IMG/VR virus record: IMGVR_UViG_3300017646_000004
Source of the DNA: a virus
Direction: 5' to 3' (one strand)
Length of the DNA stretch: 43,554 bases
Shown here: positions 42,426 to 43,554 of the stretch, piece after piece
How positions within the stretch are numbered: the first letter of the stretch is position 1
How the letters are laid out: each line of letters starts with the position of its first letter
Program-made: the position numbers and the translations under genes
Notes under the pieces: model-generated
What the model was told of the DNA's origin: nothing
Database searches by the model: none
Seen by the model: only the letters and a program-made list of their open reading frames with translations

Positions 42426-42864
42426 GCCGCTTGTAGTGATCTTCGATCAGGTCGATCGGGATGATCTTTCCGAAAGATCCAGGCTCATAGGTGAGCTCCC
42501 AAGGCGTCCCGCTTGCGTGCGTGATACGAGAAAGTTCCATCCCCGTGAACTTCCGATAGGCCTGATAGACCTGATCGATCACCGCCTTTTCCTGATCGTC
42601 CAACTTGCCGCGATCGAGAAAGTTGCCAACCCGCTTGGAAACCGGCGCTCCCCGATACTGCCGGACATGGCTATAGAGAGCCGGGATCACAGGGCCATAC
42701 TGCCAAGCCTCAACCCGGTCGTTGAACAGCGGGCGGCTATGCAGACCCAGCATCCAGCCATGGGCAATATAGGTCAGCTTCAACAGCTGCATCGGGGTCA
42801 ACGGGTCGCCCGCTTCCTCTGCCAGCTCCAGGAAGCGGTTGGCGACGGAAATGCTAGTAGCCAT
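42403..42864 (-). CDS. Panacea/DUF4065 (GepA/SocA-like) antitoxin-domain protein
   Basis: RBS GGAG. ISVANRFLELAEEAGDPLTPMQLLKLTYIAHGWMLGLHSRPLFNDRVEAWQYGPVIPALY matches the DUF4065 core (LQKLLYYAQGW...FEAWQYGPV). Confidence 0.8.
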   Translation of the reverse strand: MATSISVANRFLELAEEAGDPLTPMQLLKLTYIAHGWMLGLHSRPLFNDRVEAWQYGPVIPALYSHVRQYRGAPVSKRVGNFLDRGKLDDQEKAVIDQVYQAYRKFTGMELSRITHASGTPWELTYEPGSFGKIIPIDLIEDHYKRLAEQRTA

Positions 42865-42996
42865 CTGTCCACTCCAACTGCCTGCCCGTGTCGAGGGCGG
42901 ACCTGCAATATAGTGGACCTGCGCCGAATTGGCAATTCGCCCCAGCCACGCAGCAACCGACGCTTCGCCCGACAGGAAAGGAGGGGTCGAGAGAAT

Positions 42997-43047
42997 AATC
43001 ACAATACGTGATTTTATGGATTGACGCGATCATCACAATATGTGATT
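42997..43047. promoter_or_regulatory. Second operator locus: two perfect ATCAC-N5-GTGAT palindromes with divergent promoters
   Basis: ATCACAATACGTGAT 42998..43012 and ATCACAATATGTGAT 43032..43046. Minus-strand TTGTGA-16-TAAAAT (43038..43011). Plus-strand TTGACG at 43021..43026. Confidence 0.5.
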
Positions 43048-43101
43048 GCCATCCCCATCACCCGGCAGTCCCCAGCGACCCGGACAGGATGGAGATGAGA
43101 T

Positions 43102-43554
43102 ATGGCCGAGACCGGCACCACGATTGAGCAGTTCCCCGTCCGCGACCGCTGGACCGGTGAAGTCAAGTTCACCGCTGAGATCGCCGTAACGCCCGACATG
43201 ACGCCAGCGATCAAGCTGGGGCTGGCAGTGAAGTGGGGGGTCAAGGCGCGTGCCAACCTCGCGGATGCCAACCTCGCGGATGCCAACCTCGCGGGTGCCA
43301 ACCTCGCGGATGCCAACCTCGCGGGTGCCAACCTCGCGGATGCCTACCTCGCGGGCGCCAACCTCGCGGATGCCAACCTCGCGGATGCCAACCTCGCGCG
43401 TGCCAACCTCGCGGATGCCTACCTCGCGGGCGCCAACCTCGCGGATGCCAACCTCGCGGATGCCAACCTCGCGGATGCCTACCTCGCGGGCGCCAACCTC
43501 GCGGATGCCAACCTCGCGGATGCCAACCTCGCGCGTGCCAACCTCGCGGATGCC
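43102..43554 (+). CDS. Pentapeptide-repeat protein, 5' part (continues at 1..519)
   Basis: [57 protein letters not shown], then A-N-L-A-[DGR] units in frame 1 to the window end. The track shows only a wrong-strand ORF here. Confidence 0.8.
   Translation, partial: MAETGTTIEQFPVRDRWTGEVKFTAEIAVTPDMTPAIKLGLAVKWGVKARANLADANLADANLAGANLADANLAGANLADAYLAGANLADANLADANLARANLADAYLAGANLADANLADANLADAYLAGANLADANLADANLARANLADA
43243..43554 (+). repeat. 15-bp tandem repeat array (about 21 units), 5' part of the pentapeptide minisatellite
   Basis: The same ctcgcgNNNgcc(a/t)ac unit as at 1..180, running to the last base of the window. Confidence 0.95.

Larger units (their letters stand above)
1..43554. mobile_element. 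Temperate tailed-phage genome (P22-like podovirus gene order), circularly permuted in this window
   Basis: Integrase, excisionase, attP-like tRNA fragment, repressor/Cro switch, replication, packaging, capsid, tail and lysis modules fill the window. The first 27 nt equal the last 27 nt and one gene spans the junction. No host-like flanks. Confidence 0.8.

Noticed and set aside
43243-43554. Regular short repeats that could be mistaken for a CRISPR array.
   Set aside because: The units are 15 bp, directly abutting with no spacers, and in frame within a coding sequence. No cas genes are present.

Overview
The window reads as a complete or nearly complete genome of a temperate tailed phage from a high-GC, probably alphaproteobacterial, host. 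It is circularly permuted. The last 27 nt equal the first 27 nt, and one gene, a pentapeptide-repeat protein built on a 15-bp minisatellite, runs across the window ends. No host flanking DNA is visible. All family calls come from reading motifs by eye; no database search was run.

Layout:
- 43102..43554 joined to 1..8176 (+): an operator-controlled early operon. It holds the pentapeptide protein, many small translationally coupled ORFs, a Gp157-like protein, an SSB-like protein ending in DDIPF, NinB, xis and int. An attP carrying the 5' half of tRNA-Ser(UGA) follows, then an HNH endonuclease and a DUF551 protein.
- 8147..31500 (-): lysis cassette, three receptor-binding proteins, ejection proteins, and a morphogenesis module in P22-like order (gp4/gp10/gp26-like, decoration protein plus major capsid protein, scaffold, GroES-like co-chaperonin, portal, TerL, TerS).
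- 31576..38650 (-): a low-GC T5orf172 gene, a T7 gp4-like primase-helicase interrupted by a LAGLIDADG intein, a replication initiator with an internal iteron origin, RusA, a DnaA domain-IV-like protein, a C5 methyltransferase and a Cro-like regulator.
- 38745..42864: a lower-GC accessory island. It holds an XRE repressor followed by four envelope-targeted small proteins (two are tandem paralogs), a KilA-N protein, a terminator-rich noncoding stretch, and a Panacea (DUF4065) antitoxin-like gene overlapping a two-TM membrane protein.

Best candidates for new biology:
- the repressor-linked envelope-protein operon and the PanA/membrane-protein pair, as possible exclusion, abortive-infection or toxin-antitoxin functions
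- the hyper-regular pentapeptide early gene, as a possible DNA mimic
- two +1 frame breaks, one in the transglycosylase ejection protein and one in the primase zinc ribbon
- the intein
- the unusual 5'-half tRNA attP

Start codons of many small genes are uncertain.
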